Assembly: GCA_963824995.1 (NCBI GenBank)
Contig: CAWGRK010000007.1
Location: forward strand, 62,001-126,000
From: an uncultured Actinomycetes bacterium
GTDB taxonomy: Bacteria; Actinomycetota; Acidimicrobiia; Spongiisociales; DATADW01
Direction: 5' to 3'
DNA: 64,000 bases
Translations under genes and position numbers: made by a program
Part shown: in pieces, positions 32,564 to 43,241 of the stretch
How positions within the stretch are numbered: the stretch's first letter is position 1
Layout: the number at the start of each line of letters is the position of its first letter
The notes under the pieces: generated by a model
What the model was told of the DNA's origin: nothing
Seen by the model: only the letters and a program-made list of their open reading frames with translations
The model's database searches: none

Positions 32564-33279
32564 GTGGCTCCGATCGTTCGCTCCGATGGCTCGATCCCGA
32601 CGGGGGCGGAGAAGGGTCGTGCCAGGAGCATCCTCAATCGGCTGCGACGCCGCTACCCCGAGATTCGCACCGCGCTCGCCTACGAGAATCCGTGGCAGCT
32701 GCTGGTGGTCACCGTCCTCTCCGCCCAGACGACGGACGAGAACGTCAACCGGGTGGCGCCGGCTCTGTTCGAGCGATACCCGACACCCCATGACCTGGCC
32801 GATGCCGACCCCGAAGAGGTGGAGCGCATCGTGTACTCGACCGGCTTCTACCGGCAGAAGAGCGAGTCGATCATCGCCCTCTCCGCCGACCTCGTAGAGC
32901 ATCACGACGGCGAGGTTCCCGCCTCGCTCGACGAGTTGGTCCCGCTGCGCGGGGTCGGCCGAAAGACGGCGAGCGTCGTCCTCGCCGAGGCGTTCAATCA
33001 GCCGGCAATTGCGGTGGACACCCATGTGCGACGGGTCAGCAACCGGCTCGGGCTCACCAGTAGCAAGGTTCCATTGAAGATCGAGCAGGACCTCAAGGCC
33101 GTGTTCCCCATATCGAGTTGGTCGAAGCTGTCGATGAGCATCATCCAGTTCGGGCGCGACGTGTGCACGGCGCGCTCCCGCGCTGCCCGGAGTGCGAACT
33201 GGCGAGGCTCTGCCCCTGGCCGTACAAGACAGGCACGAATAGACCCGGAACGTCTACGGAGGCGGCACCGCCAGGGTGA
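32564..33279 (+). CDS. nth: endonuclease III (1-bp deletion near 33178)
   Basis: LSAQTTD, HhH LRGVGRKTA and VDTHV; restoring one C yields the C-x6-C-x2-C-x5-C Fe-S motif and a stop at 33279. Confidence 0.92.
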
Positions 33280-34570
33280 CCATCGATCGGCGGATCTTGC
33301 GGCTGGCCGTGCCCGCGCTGGGCACGCTGGCCATCGATCCGCTGGTCTCCCTCACCGACACCGCCTTCGTCGCCCGGCTCGGCGAGGTGCCCCTCGCTGC
33401 CCTCGGAGTGGACACGGCAGTTTTCTCGTTTTCCTTCTTCCTCTTCAATTTCCTGGCATACGGGACGACGCCGCTGCTGGCGGGGGCGGTCGGCAGGGGG
33501 ACTCGGCCGGCGCCGGGCGCATCGCATGGCAGGCGGTCGCTCTGGCCATAGGCGCCGGCATGGCTGTCATGGTGCTGCTCCAGGTCTTCGCCGAGCCGAT
33601 CCTCGGATTGATGGGAGCCGAGGGCGAGATGATCGAACCGGCGCTCGTCTATCTCCGGATCCGGGCGCTTGCGGCGCCGGCGGTCGTGCTGGTGATCGCC
33701 GCCAACGGCGTATTCCGGGGACTGCAGGACACCAGGACGCCCTTGATAGTGACGGTGGCGATCAGCCTGCTCAATCTCGTCCTCGACCCCCTGCTGATAT
33801 TCGCCGCCGGCTGGGGAGTCGCCGGCGCGGCCACCGCCACCGCCGTAGCGCAATGGCTGGGAGCGCTGTGGTTCCTCGCCCTGCTGGGACGGAGCCGCCG
33901 CAGGGGCGACATCCCATGGTCGTTCCCGCGATTCGATCAGCCGCGTCCCCTGCTCAGGGCGGGGCGCGATATCGGGCTGCGGACCTTTGCACTCGTCGGT
34001 TTCTTCACCCTGGCCACCGCCCAAGCGGCACGGGTGGGGACCGCCGCGGTGGCCGCCCACCAGGTGGCGTCGCAGCTGTGGTTGTTGCTCGCTCTCACCG
34101 TGGACGCTCTGGCAATCGCTGCCCAGGCGATGATCGGGCTCGCCTCAGGCAGAGGTGACCGGTTGGAGGTTCGCCGGTCATCCATCAGGCTCCTGTGGTG
34201 GGGAGCAGGTGCCGGGGTCGTCCTCGGGGCGCTGGTCGCGATCACCGCCGACCCGCTCATCTCGCTGTTCGGCGCCGGTCCGGCCGTCTCCGCCGAACTG
34301 GCGACGATCCTCCCGGTGATCGCACTAATGGAGCCTCTGTCCGCGCTCGTCTTCGTCGGCGACGGGATCTTTCTCGGTGCCTCCAGGTTCGCCTTCCTCG
34401 CGGTGACCACCGTGGCAGCCGCCGTCATCGCTTCGGCGGTCGTGCTCGGCGCGGTGGCCATCGGATGGGGGCTGATCGGGGTCTGGGTTGGGATCGTCGC
34501 CCTGGTGGTGGCTAGGGCGGTCGGGCTCGCCACCGGCTACCGCTCGGTGACCAGCGCTCCCAGCGGCTGA
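33276..34570 (+). CDS. MATE family efflux transporter, DinF-like (1-bp deletion near 33500)
   Basis: DRRILRLAVPALGTLAIDPLVSLTDTAFV, YLRIR, GLQDTRTPL and AAHQV motifs. Confidence 0.9.
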
Positions 34571-35769
34571 CCCCGGGTCTCGGGGAGGAGGAGAATCAGC
34601 AGCGCCGCCATCACCATCCCGATGGCGAGGATGCTCACCGTCTCGGATAAGCCAATCGTGTCGATGGTCACCGACCCCAGCGTCAGCCCTGCCACAGACC
34701 CGAGCACCCCGAAGTTGTTGAGCCAGGTGACCGCCGTCGCTCTCTGGCCGGTGGGGAAGAGCTCGTTGCGCTGGGCACCGACCGAGGGGATGGCGGTGAA
34801 GGCACCGAAGGTGGATACGAATACCGCCCCGGCTATCGCCCAGGGGTCCTCCAGCCAGTAGAGACCGAGCCCGCCCGCCGCCGCCAGCAGGAACCCGATG
34901 ATGGCGCCGGCGCGCCTCCCGATCTCGTCGGCTATCCGGCCGCCGAGGAAGAACCCGATTCCCCCCAGGGTGCCTCCTATCAGGCTGATCCACACCGCAG
35001 TCCCCACTGGGAGCCCCACGTCGCTGACCAGCCGCTCGAAACTGAACGAGATGGCGACCGTGGTGTAGGCGGCAGCGAGGAATGAGCTGATGGAGAGGAT
35101 CACGAAATTGCGCCGGTTGCCCCCACTGAGCGGGGCGAGCAACCCTGTCCTACCCAGGTCGTACTCGTCGTGGATCGGGCTCTCTCTCACCTGCCTGGCT
35201 AGGAAGGGGAGGAGCAGCAGGCCGAGCACGCTCGCTGCGAACAGCAGCCGCCATGACTCGTCGCCAAGGCGGGCGATGGGCAGGGCCAGCAGGGCTATCC
35301 CGGCACCGAAGCTGCCACCAGCCCCGTAGATCGACAGCCCGTACGCCCGCACCTGGGGAGACAGCTGCTCGACGATGAGAACCGTGGCGAGGACGCCGAC
35401 GGCGGTCGTACCCATCCTGACCAGAGCCTGCAGACCGGCGAAGACAGACGGCTGATATGCGAGGGCGGTGGCGGCGTTGGCAGCCATCAAGATGGCAAAG
35501 GCGATGAGGAACGGGCCGCGCCGGCCATATCTGTCGCCTCGGAGCGTGAAGGGAAAGGCGAGAAAGGCTCCCAGCCGTGCAATGGCGAGGAGGCTGCTCA
35601 TCTGCCCCTCGGTCATCTCGAGGCTCAACCGGACGAAGGGGAGGGTGTTCGTCACCTGGGCCTGGGCGAAACCCTGCATGATCGCCGCCACCCACATCAC
35701 AGCCGAGACTCTTCGGTCTTCGCGTGTGAAGGCCGAAACCGGGAGCAGTTGGCTTATGAAACGCCTCAC
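34537..35769 (-). CDS. MFS transporter (start uncertain)
   Basis: GDRYGRR and GRIADEIGRR motif A copies, ELFPTGQRA, LPETRG. Confidence 0.88.
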   Translation of the reverse strand: MRRFISQLLPVSAFTREDRRVSAVMWVAAIMQGFAQAQVTNTLPFVRLSLEMTEGQMSSLLAIARLGAFLAFPFTLRGDRYGRRGPFLIAFAILMAANAATALAYQPSVFAGLQALVRMGTTAVGVLATVLIVEQLSPQVRAYGLSIYGAGGSFGAGIALLALPIARLGDESWRLLFAASVLGLLLLPFLARQVRESPIHDEYDLGRTGLLAPLSGGNRRNFVILSISSFLAAAYTTVAISFSFERLVSDVGLPVGTAVWISLIGGTLGGIGFFLGGRIADEIGRRAGAIIGFLLAAAGGLGLYWLEDPWAIAGAVFVSTFGAFTAIPSVGAQRNELFPTGQRATAVTWLNNFGVLGSVAGLTLGSVTIDTIGLSETVSILAIGMVMAALLILLLPETRGQPLGALVTER

Positions 35770-35784
35770 CGGCGGCACTACCTG

Positions 35785-36009
35785 GTGAGGGCCGCGCCGA
35801 CCGACCCGGAAGTCGACGGCATATCCGAGGACCCACGAGCCCCAGCGGCCCCCCCGACTGAGGAGTCCTCGGCGGGCATGGCCCCGGAGATTAGCCACCG
35901 GGCACGTCGCGGCGGGGTTCTTGGGCGCTTCGTGACCACGCCGATCTGGGATGATGACCCCATGACGAGCCGGCTCGAGCCCGACGTTTTCGGGGCGGCG
36001 CGGCCTTGA
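35785..36009 (+). CDS. possible small hypothetical protein
   Basis: Open frame filling the gap; its stop overlaps the ccdA TTG start (TTGA); no recognisable motif. Confidence 0.3.
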   Translation: MRAAPTDPEVDGISEDPRAPAAPPTEESSAGMAPEISHRARRGGVLGRFVTTPIWDDDPMTSRLEPDVFGAARP

Positions 36010-36761
36010 CCGAGGTCCCGCTCCTGGTCGCCTTCGGCGCCGGGATCATCTCCTTCATCTCGCCGTGCGTGCTTCCACTGCTCCCCGGCTACCTGAGCCT
36101 GATGTCGGGCTACTCGATCACCGAGTTGGAGACAGGAGCCGCCGCCACCGGCCGGATGCTCCGGGCGACCGGCCTCTTCGTCGCCGGCTTCACACTGGTC
36201 TTCGTTGCTCTGGGCGCCGGGGCGACCGCCGTCGGGTCTGTCCTCCGAGCGAACCTCGACGTTGCCGAGCGGGTGGCCGGTTGGGTGGTAGTCGGCTTCG
36301 GAATCCTCCTCCTGGTCATGTCGCTCTCGACATCTCCCCGCCTGTCCGGGCTGACCAGGGAGCGACGCATCGATATCCGTCCCTCGCGGCTTGGGATGTG
36401 GGCACCTCCTCTGATGGGGGTCGCCTTCGGGTTCGCCTGGACCCCGTGCATCGGCCCGGTTCTCGGGGCGATCCTCACCACTGCGGCTGTGCAGGAGAGC
36501 GTGGGAAGAGGGATGCTCCTTCTACTCTTTTACGGGCTGGGGCTCGGGGTCCCCTTCATGCTCGCCGGGGTTGCCCTGGGCCGCGCGATGGGCACCGTCC
36601 GCTGGTTGCGGAGCCACAGTCGGGCCATTGGTGTTGCCTCGTCGATCGCGCTGATCGGCTTCGGCCTGATCATGATCACCGGGAACCTCTCGGTGATCGC
36701 CGGTTGGGTCACCGAGTTCTTCGAGTCCACCCCGTTGCGGGGGATCATCGACAGCATCTGA
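36006..36761 (+). CDS. ccdA: cytochrome c biogenesis protein CcdA
   Basis: SFISPCVLPLLPGY and WTPCIGPVLG motifs. Confidence 0.92.
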   Translation: MTEVPLLVAFGAGIISFISPCVLPLLPGYLSLMSGYSITELETGAAATGRMLRATGLFVAGFTLVFVALGAGATAVGSVLRANLDVAERVAGWVVVGFGILLLVMSLSTSPRLSGLTRERRIDIRPSRLGMWAPPLMGVAFGFAWTPCIGPVLGAILTTAAVQESVGRGMLLLLFYGLGLGVPFMLAGVALGRAMGTVRWLRSHSRAIGVASSIALIGFGLIMITGNLSVIAGWVTEFFESTPLRGIIDSI

Positions 36762-36804
36762 GGCAGGTCTCGGTCCGGTGATCCCATTCCTACGCTTGGC
36801 CGTG

Positions 36805-38286
36805 ATGAATGTCACCCCGGATCGCGAGGAGTTCCTCGAACTGGTGCGTCTCCACCCGGTCGTACCGGTGACCACGCGGGTTCTCGCCGACCGGGAGACG
36901 CCGGTCAGCGCCTACCAGAAGCTCGTGGGGGACTCGCCGGGCTTCCTGCTCGAGTCGGTGGAAGGCGGAGAGCAGTGGGGACGCTGGTCGTTCCTTGGTT
37001 GGGATCCTCTGTTCACCCTCGTCTCGCGGTCAGGGACGGTGAGCGTCGAGGGCGACGGCTCTACCGGGTTCGATGGGGAGGGCTCACCACTCGAGGTGCT
37101 CGAGCGGCTGCTTTCCACCCTCTCGGCGCCCGACATCGTCGGGTTGCCACCGCTCCATTCGGGCCTTGTCGGGTATCTCGGGTACGACTGTGTCCGCTAC
37201 ATCGAGCACCTCCCCGACATGCCTTCCGACGACCGCGGCCTCCCCGAGATGGTGTGGCACGCCGTAGGGTCGCTCGCCGCATACGACCGCTTCTCCGAGG
37301 TGGTCACTCTGGTGAGAAATGTCCGCCACGGGCACGATCCGGCCGCCGATTGGGATGACGCGGTGGCGGTCCTCGAGGAGGCGACGCGCCGCCTCGGGGC
37401 CGCGGCTTCCTACGAGCCACGGCCGGCACCATCCACTGCGGCGGTGCTCGAAGGGTCGTACGAGTCCACCATGGACCGCCGCCGCTTCGAGGCGTCGGTC
37501 CGCTCCGCCAAGGAGCACATCAGACAGGGCGACGCATTCCAGATCGTGCTCAGTCAGCGGTTGTCCACCAAGTACGGCGGCGATCCGTTCGACGTCTACC
37601 GGGCGCTGCGCCTGATCAACCCGTCGCCATTCCTGTTCTACGTGAGCCATCCAGATGTGGTCGTCGCCGGCTCGTCGCCCGAGTTGATGACCCGGGTGCG
37701 CGACGGTGTGGTCTACAGCAGGCCCATCGCCGGCACCCGCCCCCGCGGATCATCGCCGGGGGAGGACCAGGCTCTCGAAGAGGAGATGCTCGCCGACCCG
37801 AAAGAGCTTGCCGAACACATCATGCTCGTCGATCTGGCCAGGAACGACGTGGGGAGGGTGAGCGAGTTCGGCACTGTCACCGTCGACGAGTTGATGGCTG
37901 TGGAGCGCTACTCGCATGTCATGCACATCGTCTCGGGCGTGTCTGGGAAACTCCGTCCCGGTGTCGGCCCTGTGGAGGTGCTCCGGGCCACCTTCCCCCA
38001 CGGGACGGTATCGGGTGCGCCGAAGGTGCGTGCCATGGAGATAATCGACCAGTTGGAGCCGGTGGCGCGGGGCCCGTATGCCGGTGCCGTCGGGTATCTC
38101 GACCTCTCGGGCAATGTGGACACCGCCATCTGCCTCCGAACCGTCGTGATGGCCAACGGGACCGCCTGGGTCCAGGCGGGGGCGGGGATCGTGGCCGACA
38201 GTGAACCGGGCGCCGAGTATGACGAGACAATGAACAAGGCCGCCGCCGCGCTGGCGGCACTGCGATTGGCAGAAGATGCAGGGTGA
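36805..38286 (+). CDS. trpE: anthranilate synthase component I
   Basis: LLESVE, NPSP, PIAGTRPR, EHIMLVDLARND and SGAPKVRAM motifs; upstream of trpCFBA. Confidence 0.88.
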   Translation: MNVTPDREEFLELVRLHPVVPVTTRVLADRETPVSAYQKLVGDSPGFLLESVEGGEQWGRWSFLGWDPLFTLVSRSGTVSVEGDGSTGFDGEGSPLEVLERLLSTLSAPDIVGLPPLHSGLVGYLGYDCVRYIEHLPDMPSDDRGLPEMVWHAVGSLAAYDRFSEVVTLVRNVRHGHDPAADWDDAVAVLEEATRRLGAAASYEPRPAPSTAAVLEGSYESTMDRRRFEASVRSAKEHIRQGDAFQIVLSQRLSTKYGGDPFDVYRALRLINPSPFLFYVSHPDVVVAGSSPELMTRVRDGVVYSRPIAGTRPRGSSPGEDQALEEEMLADPKELAEHIMLVDLARNDVGRVSEFGTVTVDELMAVERYSHVMHIVSGVSGKLRPGVGPVEVLRATFPHGTVSGAPKVRAMEIIDQLEPVARGPYAGAVGYLDLSGNVDTAICLRTVVMANGTAWVQAGAGIVADSEPGAEYDETMNKAAAALAALRLAEDAG

Positions 38287-39214
38287 CGTAGACGTACTGG
38301 CTGAGTACGCCGCATTGCGCGGTGCCGCCGGTGTGGTCGAGGGGATACACCAGATGGTCGTTGCCGAAGGCCCCGACGCGGTCCGCTTCCTCGACGACCT
38401 CCTCTCCCAGGAAGTGGCCGGCCTCGAGATCGGCGGGGTGTCGAGGTCGTTGCTCCTCGGCCCTCAGGGCAAGTTGCGGGCGGTGCTCTGGCTGCTCCGT
38501 GATGAGGATCGGGTGGCGATGATCGCCGATGCCGGAGTGGCGCAGACAGTGCTCGACGACCTCACCCAGTACAAGATCCGGGTGAAGCTGACTCTTCGGT
38601 TCGACGAGCGGCCCATTGTCGACCTCATCGGTCCGGATTCCGAGACCGTCCTCGTCCGTGCGGGGCTGGGGGTGCCGGCAGGCTGGTCTGACGATGGTGA
38701 GACGCTGGTGGCAAGAGCCCCGCTGGGCGATCATCCCCGGTTCTTCATCGCCGGTGAGGTGGCGGCAGCCCGGTTGCGGGCGGAAGGAGCGGCCACCGCC
38801 GGGTCGCTGGCATGGCGCGCCGTCAGGGTCGAGGCCGGCGAGCCGGTGATGGGTGTGGACGTTGACGAGAGGACCATCCCCCAGGAGACCGGGCTGGTGG
38901 AAGAGACCGTCTCGTTCACCAAAGGCTGCTACCTCGGCCAGGAGCTCGTCGCCCGGATCGACTCGAGGGGACATGTCAATCGCCTGCTGCGCGCGGTAGT
39001 GATCGAGTCAAACGTGCTGCCCCCTGAGGGTGCCGGGCTCTGGGTGGAGGATCGCCAGGTCGGTGCGATCACATCGGTGGCCGAGTCGCTCACCGTTCGG
39101 GCACCGGTGGGACTCGGTCTGGTGCGACGGGAGGTATTGCCCGGCGAGCGGGTCGAGGTGCGCTGGGACCAGGGCTCGGCACCGGCAAGGGTCGAAGAGC
39201 TGCCCTTGATCTGA
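38276..39214 (+). CDS. ygfZ: folate-binding YgfZ/GcvT family protein
   Basis: KGCYLGQE signature. Confidence 0.88.
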   Translation: MQGDVDVLAEYAALRGAAGVVEGIHQMVVAEGPDAVRFLDDLLSQEVAGLEIGGVSRSLLLGPQGKLRAVLWLLRDEDRVAMIADAGVAQTVLDDLTQYKIRVKLTLRFDERPIVDLIGPDSETVLVRAGLGVPAGWSDDGETLVARAPLGDHPRFFIAGEVAAARLRAEGAATAGSLAWRAVRVEAGEPVMGVDVDERTIPQETGLVEETVSFTKGCYLGQELVARIDSRGHVNRLLRAVVIESNVLPPEGAGLWVEDRQVGAITSVAESLTVRAPVGLGLVRREVLPGERVEVRWDQGSAPARVEELPLI

Positions 39215-39249
39215 ACCGTCCGCGACCTGAAGGCGAGCGAGGGATAACC

Positions 39250-39350
39250 TGCCTCCCCCGGTGAGGTAGGCGCGAGGCGCAGCGAGCGGAGGGGGTGACG
39301 CGCCCTCGCCCGATCACCCTCTCCCCGGACCACCTCCCGTCAGGGAGGGG
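39250..39350. repeat. GC-rich palindromic REP-like intergenic element
   Basis: gcgaggcgcagcgagc core, ggagggggtga...tcaccctctcc arms and a cctcccgtcagggagg hairpin; similar elements near 24800-24900 and 32440-32480. Confidence 0.5.
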
Positions 39351-39387
39351 AGCCGAACGGGGAGTCCCGAGGCCCTAGCGTTGCGAC

Positions 39388-40194
39388 ATGCTCGATCAGA
39401 TCCTGGGCCGGGTGCGCCTCCGCATACCAGAGGTCGCCGAACGCTCCGACGACTTGCGTGCTGCTGCGCTCGACGCACCGCCGGTGCGCTCGCTGGCAGC
39501 AGCGGTGACCTCGCCCGGGATCAGCGTGATCGCCGAGATCAAGCGCAGGTCCCCATCGCGGGGGCAACTGGCACCGGAACTCGACCCAAGGGCTCTTGCC
39601 TCCGCCTACCAGGCGGGGGGCGCCGCGGCCATCTCGGTGCTCACCGAACCCGAGTTCTTCGACGGGAGCATCGCCGACCTCCAGGCCGCCGCTTCGGCGG
39701 TGGCACTCCCGGTGCTCCGCAAGGACTTCATTCTCGACCCGGTACAGGTCTGGGAGAGCAGGGCGATCGGCGCCGATGCCGTCCTACTGATCGTTGCCGC
39801 CCTCGACGACGAGATGCTCACCAAGCTCATCGCCACCGCCGAGGAGGCCCGGATCGAGACGCTGGTCGAGGTGCACGACGAGGTGGAAGTGGATCGGGCT
39901 CGCGCCTCCGGCGCCGGAATCGTCGGTGTCAACGCCCGGGACCTGTCCACCTTCCACGTCGATCTGAGTGTCACAGAGCGCCTGTCCGACCGGCTCGGGG
40001 GATTCGCAGCCCGGGTGGCGGAGAGCGGGATCACCGGACCTGCCGATGTGGCACGGATGATGTCGGCCGGTTACGACGCGGTGCTGGTCGGGGAGACGCT
40101 GGTTCGCGAGACCGACCCGGCGGCGGCAGTGGCGAGGCTTGTCGCCCGGGAGGCGGCGGGAGACGTCTCTTCCCAAGGAGCAGTCCGGTTGTGA
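39388..40194 (+). CDS. trpC: indole-3-glycerol phosphate synthase
   Basis: IAEIKRRSPS, SVLTE, LRKDF, GVNARDL and AESGI motifs. Confidence 0.95.
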   Translation: MLDQILGRVRLRIPEVAERSDDLRAAALDAPPVRSLAAAVTSPGISVIAEIKRRSPSRGQLAPELDPRALASAYQAGGAAAISVLTEPEFFDGSIADLQAAASAVALPVLRKDFILDPVQVWESRAIGADAVLLIVAALDDEMLTKLIATAEEARIETLVEVHDEVEVDRARASGAGIVGVNARDLSTFHVDLSVTERLSDRLGGFAARVAESGITGPADVARMMSAGYDAVLVGETLVRETDPAAAVARLVAREAAGDVSSQGAVRL

Positions 40195-40796
40195 CCTGGG
40201 TCAAGGTGTGCGGTGTCATGGACCGACGGATCGCCGAGGTCGCGCTGCATGCTGGTGCCGACGCCATTGGGCTCGTCCTCGCCGAGTCGCCGCGGCGGGT
40301 CAGCATCGACCAGGCGAGGAGGATCGGCGCTGGTATCGCCGTAACGAAGATCCTGGTCACGGTTGACATGTCACCCAATGAGTTGATCGAGGCGGTTGAC
40401 CAGACCGGCGCCGATGGCGTGCAGCCACACGGCCTTGACGCCGCAGCGGCGGCCGACGCAGCGCAGCGAGCCGGCCTGCGCGTCCTCAGACCGGTGAGGG
40501 TGGACGGTGCCGTGGACCTGGAGGCGGTCCCATCGGGTCAGATCCCGTTGCTCGACAACGCCGCCACAGGACTCCTCGGGGGATCGGGTGTGGCGTTCGA
40601 CTGGAATCTGATCGGAGATCAGAACCGGGACTTCGTCCTCGCCGGAGGCCTCGGCCCCGACAACGTGGTCGATGCCGTGGCCAGGGTCCGCCCCTTCGGC
40701 GTGGACGCATCGAGCAGGCTGGAGTCGGCGCCCGGAATGAAGGACCCGGCGCTGGTGCGACGCTTCGTGGAGACGGCCAAGGCGGCCGGATCGTGA
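40191..40796 (+). CDS. trpF: phosphoribosylanthranilate isomerase
   Basis: [24 protein letters not shown] and VDASSRLE motifs. Confidence 0.93.
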   Translation: MTWVKVCGVMDRRIAEVALHAGADAIGLVLAESPRRVSIDQARRIGAGIAVTKILVTVDMSPNELIEAVDQTGADGVQPHGLDAAAAADAAQRAGLRVLRPVRVDGAVDLEAVPSGQIPLLDNAATGLLGGSGVAFDWNLIGDQNRDFVLAGGLGPDNVVDAVARVRPFGVDASSRLESAPGMKDPALVRRFVETAKAAGS

Positions 40797-41971
40797 TCCC
40801 AGGCCCCCTCGACCGCCCGGACCGGACTGGGCGGTTCGGGGACTACGGCGGGCGGTTCGCCCCCGAGACGCTGATGCCGGTGCTGGCGGAGTTGGAATCG
40901 GCCTTCGCCGACGCCTTGTCCGACCCCGGGTTCGTTGCCGACTATCAGAAATGGCTGACCGGGTTCGCCGGTAGACCCACCCCTCTCTACGAAGCCCCAC
41001 GCCTCTCCTCGGAGCTTGGAATGCGCGTTCTGCTCAAGAGAGAGGACCTGGCGCACACCGGGGCGCACAAGATCAACAACGCCATCGGCCAGTGCCTGCT
41101 GGCGGTCCGGATGGGCAAGCCCCGGGTGATCGCCGAGACCGGGGCCGGCCAGCACGGGGTCGCCACCGCGACCGCAGCCGCCGCCATGGGGCTCGACTGC
41201 ACCGTCTACATGGGCGAGGTGGACATCGAGCGCCAGGAATTGAATGTGGTTCGGATGCGGCTGCTCGGGGCGGAGGTCGTCCCCGTGGCCAGCGGCGCCG
41301 GCACGCTGAAGGACGCGGTCAGCGAAGCTCTGCGCGCTTGGGTGGCCAAGGTCGAGGACACCCACTATGTGATCGGCTCGGTGGTTGGTCCCCACCCCTA
41401 TCCATGGATGGTGCGGGAATTCCAGAAGGTGATCGGAGAGGAGTGCATCGTCCAACTCGAGGGCGAGAACCCCGATGTGGTGGTGGCCTGCGTCGGCGGG
41501 GGCTCGAATGCCATCGGGATCTTCCACCCGTTCCTCGGAGGCGAGGCCGACCTCGTAGGGGTGGAGGCGGGCGGAGAGGGAATCCAAACCGGCCGTCACG
41601 GTGCATCGATCGGAGCGGGGTCGCCCGGTGTGCTCCACGGGACGTGGACCCTGATGCTCCAGGACTCGGATGGCCAGGTGCTCGAGGCGCATTCGATATC
41701 GGCCGGTCTTGACTACCCCGGGGTGGGCCCTGAGCATGCCTATCTCCGCGACGCCGGGTTGGCCCGCTACGACTCGGTCACCGACGACGAGGCGCTGGAC
41801 GGGTTACGACTTCTCGCCAGGACCGAGGGCATCATCCCCGCCCTGGAGTCGGCCCACGCCATCGCCTGGATTTCACGGGAAAGGGAATCGCTCGCCGGGC
41901 GGACGGTGCTCGTCTGTCTCTCCGGTCGAGGCGACAAGGACGTCCACCAGATCGAGGCAAAGCTGTCGTGA
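40793..41971 (+). CDS. trpB: tryptophan synthase beta subunit
   Basis: [22 protein letters not shown] and [11 protein letters not shown] motifs. Confidence 0.97.
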   Translation: MIPGPLDRPDRTGRFGDYGGRFAPETLMPVLAELESAFADALSDPGFVADYQKWLTGFAGRPTPLYEAPRLSSELGMRVLLKREDLAHTGAHKINNAIGQCLLAVRMGKPRVIAETGAGQHGVATATAAAAMGLDCTVYMGEVDIERQELNVVRMRLLGAEVVPVASGAGTLKDAVSEALRAWVAKVEDTHYVIGSVVGPHPYPWMVREFQKVIGEECIVQLEGENPDVVVACVGGGSNAIGIFHPFLGGEADLVGVEAGGEGIQTGRHGASIGAGSPGVLHGTWTLMLQDSDGQVLEAHSISAGLDYPGVGPEHAYLRDAGLARYDSVTDDEALDGLRLLARTEGIIPALESAHAIAWISRERESLAGRTVLVCLSGRGDKDVHQIEAKLS

Positions 41972-42765
41972 ACCGGGTTGCGGCGCTGTTCGGACCAGGA
42001 CACACCGCCTTCCTCCCGTTCATGACGGCCGGGCTTCCCAACCCCGATTCGTCGCCGCGTCTCTTCGCCGCCATGACCGAAGCCGGCGCCGACGGTTTCG
42101 AGGTCGGGATCCCCTACTCGGACCCGTTGATGGACGGGCCCGTCATCCAGCGTGGGAGCGACACCGCTCTGGCGGCCGGGACGTCGCTGAAAGTGGCATT
42201 CGAGACGATCGAGAGCGTTGCCGGGACCACCGGCCGCCCATTGCTGGCAATGACCTATGCCAACCCGGTCCTCCGCATTGGAGCGGACCAGTTCTGCCAG
42301 CGTCTCGCCGAGGCGGGCGCCGACGGGTTGATCGTCCCCGACCTCCCTTTGGAGGAGTCGGGGGATCTGGCGCTGGCTGCCGCCGACCACGGTATCGGCA
42401 TGGTCCATTTCGTGGCTCCCACGACCGATGACGACCGTCTCCGTCGCGTGGCCGCGGCACGGCCCCTGTTCATCTACGGGGTGGCCGATCTCGGGGTCAC
42501 CGGGGAAAGATCCGAGGTGAGCACCCATGTCGCCGATCTCTCGGCCCGGGTGAGGAATGCCACCGACGTTCCTCTTGTCTTCGGTGTGGGCATCTCGACC
42601 CCGCGCCAGGCTGCAGCGGTGTCGCCCTACGCCGACGGGGTCATCGTCGGGTCAGCGCTGGTCCGTCTCGTCCTCGAAGCGGACGGCATCGACGACGCCA
42701 TCGAGCGGCTGCGGATTGCGGTCACGGCCTTCCGGTCAGCGCTGGACGGTGCCGGCAGCGCCTGA
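41968..42765 (+). CDS. trpA: tryptophan synthase alpha subunit
   Basis: [26 protein letters not shown] and GVIVGSA motifs. Confidence 0.96.
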   Translation: MNRVAALFGPGHTAFLPFMTAGLPNPDSSPRLFAAMTEAGADGFEVGIPYSDPLMDGPVIQRGSDTALAAGTSLKVAFETIESVAGTTGRPLLAMTYANPVLRIGADQFCQRLAEAGADGLIVPDLPLEESGDLALAAADHGIGMVHFVAPTTDDDRLRRVAAARPLFIYGVADLGVTGERSEVSTHVADLSARVRNATDVPLVFGVGISTPRQAAAVSPYADGVIVGSALVRLVLEADGIDDAIERLRIAVTAFRSALDGAGSA

Positions 42766-42829
42766 GGCCCTTCCAGCGCACTGACCACCGGTCAACGGCA
42801 GACGGTGGCGCGTCATCGTGAGAATCAGG

Positions 42830-42949
42830 AGAGACGAGAAATGAGCCACGGCCATCCGCCGAGATTCCGAAACGCCCAGCCAGGGAGTGGGGGAGTGGGG
42901 GGATGCGGCAGGACGTTGTCGATTCGGTCTGGTGGATGGCCGTTGCTCG
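42830..42949 (-). ncRNA. candidate small RNA: long imperfect hairpin with a C-rich apical loop
   Basis: Arms gagcaacggccatccacc...ggcggatggccgtggctc; loop catccccccactcccccactccc; TAATGT -10 box 7 nt upstream; pyrimidine-rich tail downstream. Confidence 0.55.
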
Positions 42950-43051
42950 CCCACGACATTACCCCACCCTGCCGACTTGCGGAAACCACCCCACGAGTTG
43001 GTGGAGTGTTCACTAATCCAGGCCATCGGTCGATCTCCGATGACGTTCTGG

Positions 43052-43081
43052 CTTCCGTCCTCCGCCTTCCGTCTTCCGTCT
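43052..43081. repeat. heptamer tandem repeat (CTTCCGT)n
   Basis: cttccgt-cctccgc-cttccgt-cttccgt directly 3' of tRNA-Leu. Confidence 0.75.
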
Positions 43082-43086
43082 CTTCT

Positions 43087-43173
43087 TGGTGCCGGAGGCG
43101 GGACTCGAACCCGCACGGAGTTGCCCCCAATGGATTTTGAGTCCATCGCGTCTACCAATTCCGCCACTCCGGC
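43087..43173 (-). tRNA. tRNA-Leu(CAA)
   Basis: gccggag acceptor stem, D-loop GGTA, anticodon arm atgga-CTCAAAA-tccat, long variable arm, GGTTCGAGTCC, encoded CCA. Confidence 0.97.
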
Positions 43174-43210
43174 AAGCGGGCGAGTGTAGCGGTTGGAATT
43201 CGCCGCAATC

Positions 43211-43224
43211 CGAACACATGTTCG
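43211..43224. promoter_or_regulatory. LexA (SOS/Cheo) box
   Basis: CGAAC-ACAT-GTTCG matches the Gram-positive/actinobacterial CGAAC-N4-GTTCG consensus; lies just upstream of a TATCAT -10 box. Confidence 0.8.
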
Positions 43225-43241
43225 CCGGTATCATCCAGCCG

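Noticed and set aside
32564..34570. 668-aa endonuclease III-MATE fusion ORF
   Set aside because: Produced by two deletions (near 33178 and 33500) plus the GTGA overlap. Correcting them restores the nth Fe-S motif with its own stop and the true MATE N-terminus
42825..42959. 44-aa Pro-rich minus-strand ORF
   Set aside because: Its ATG lies inside the predicted -10 box, and its sequence is explained by the RNA hairpin and C-rich loop
43087..43173. tRNA-Leu as integration site of an island or prophage
   Set aside because: No integrase and no duplicated tRNA 3' end was seen in the window
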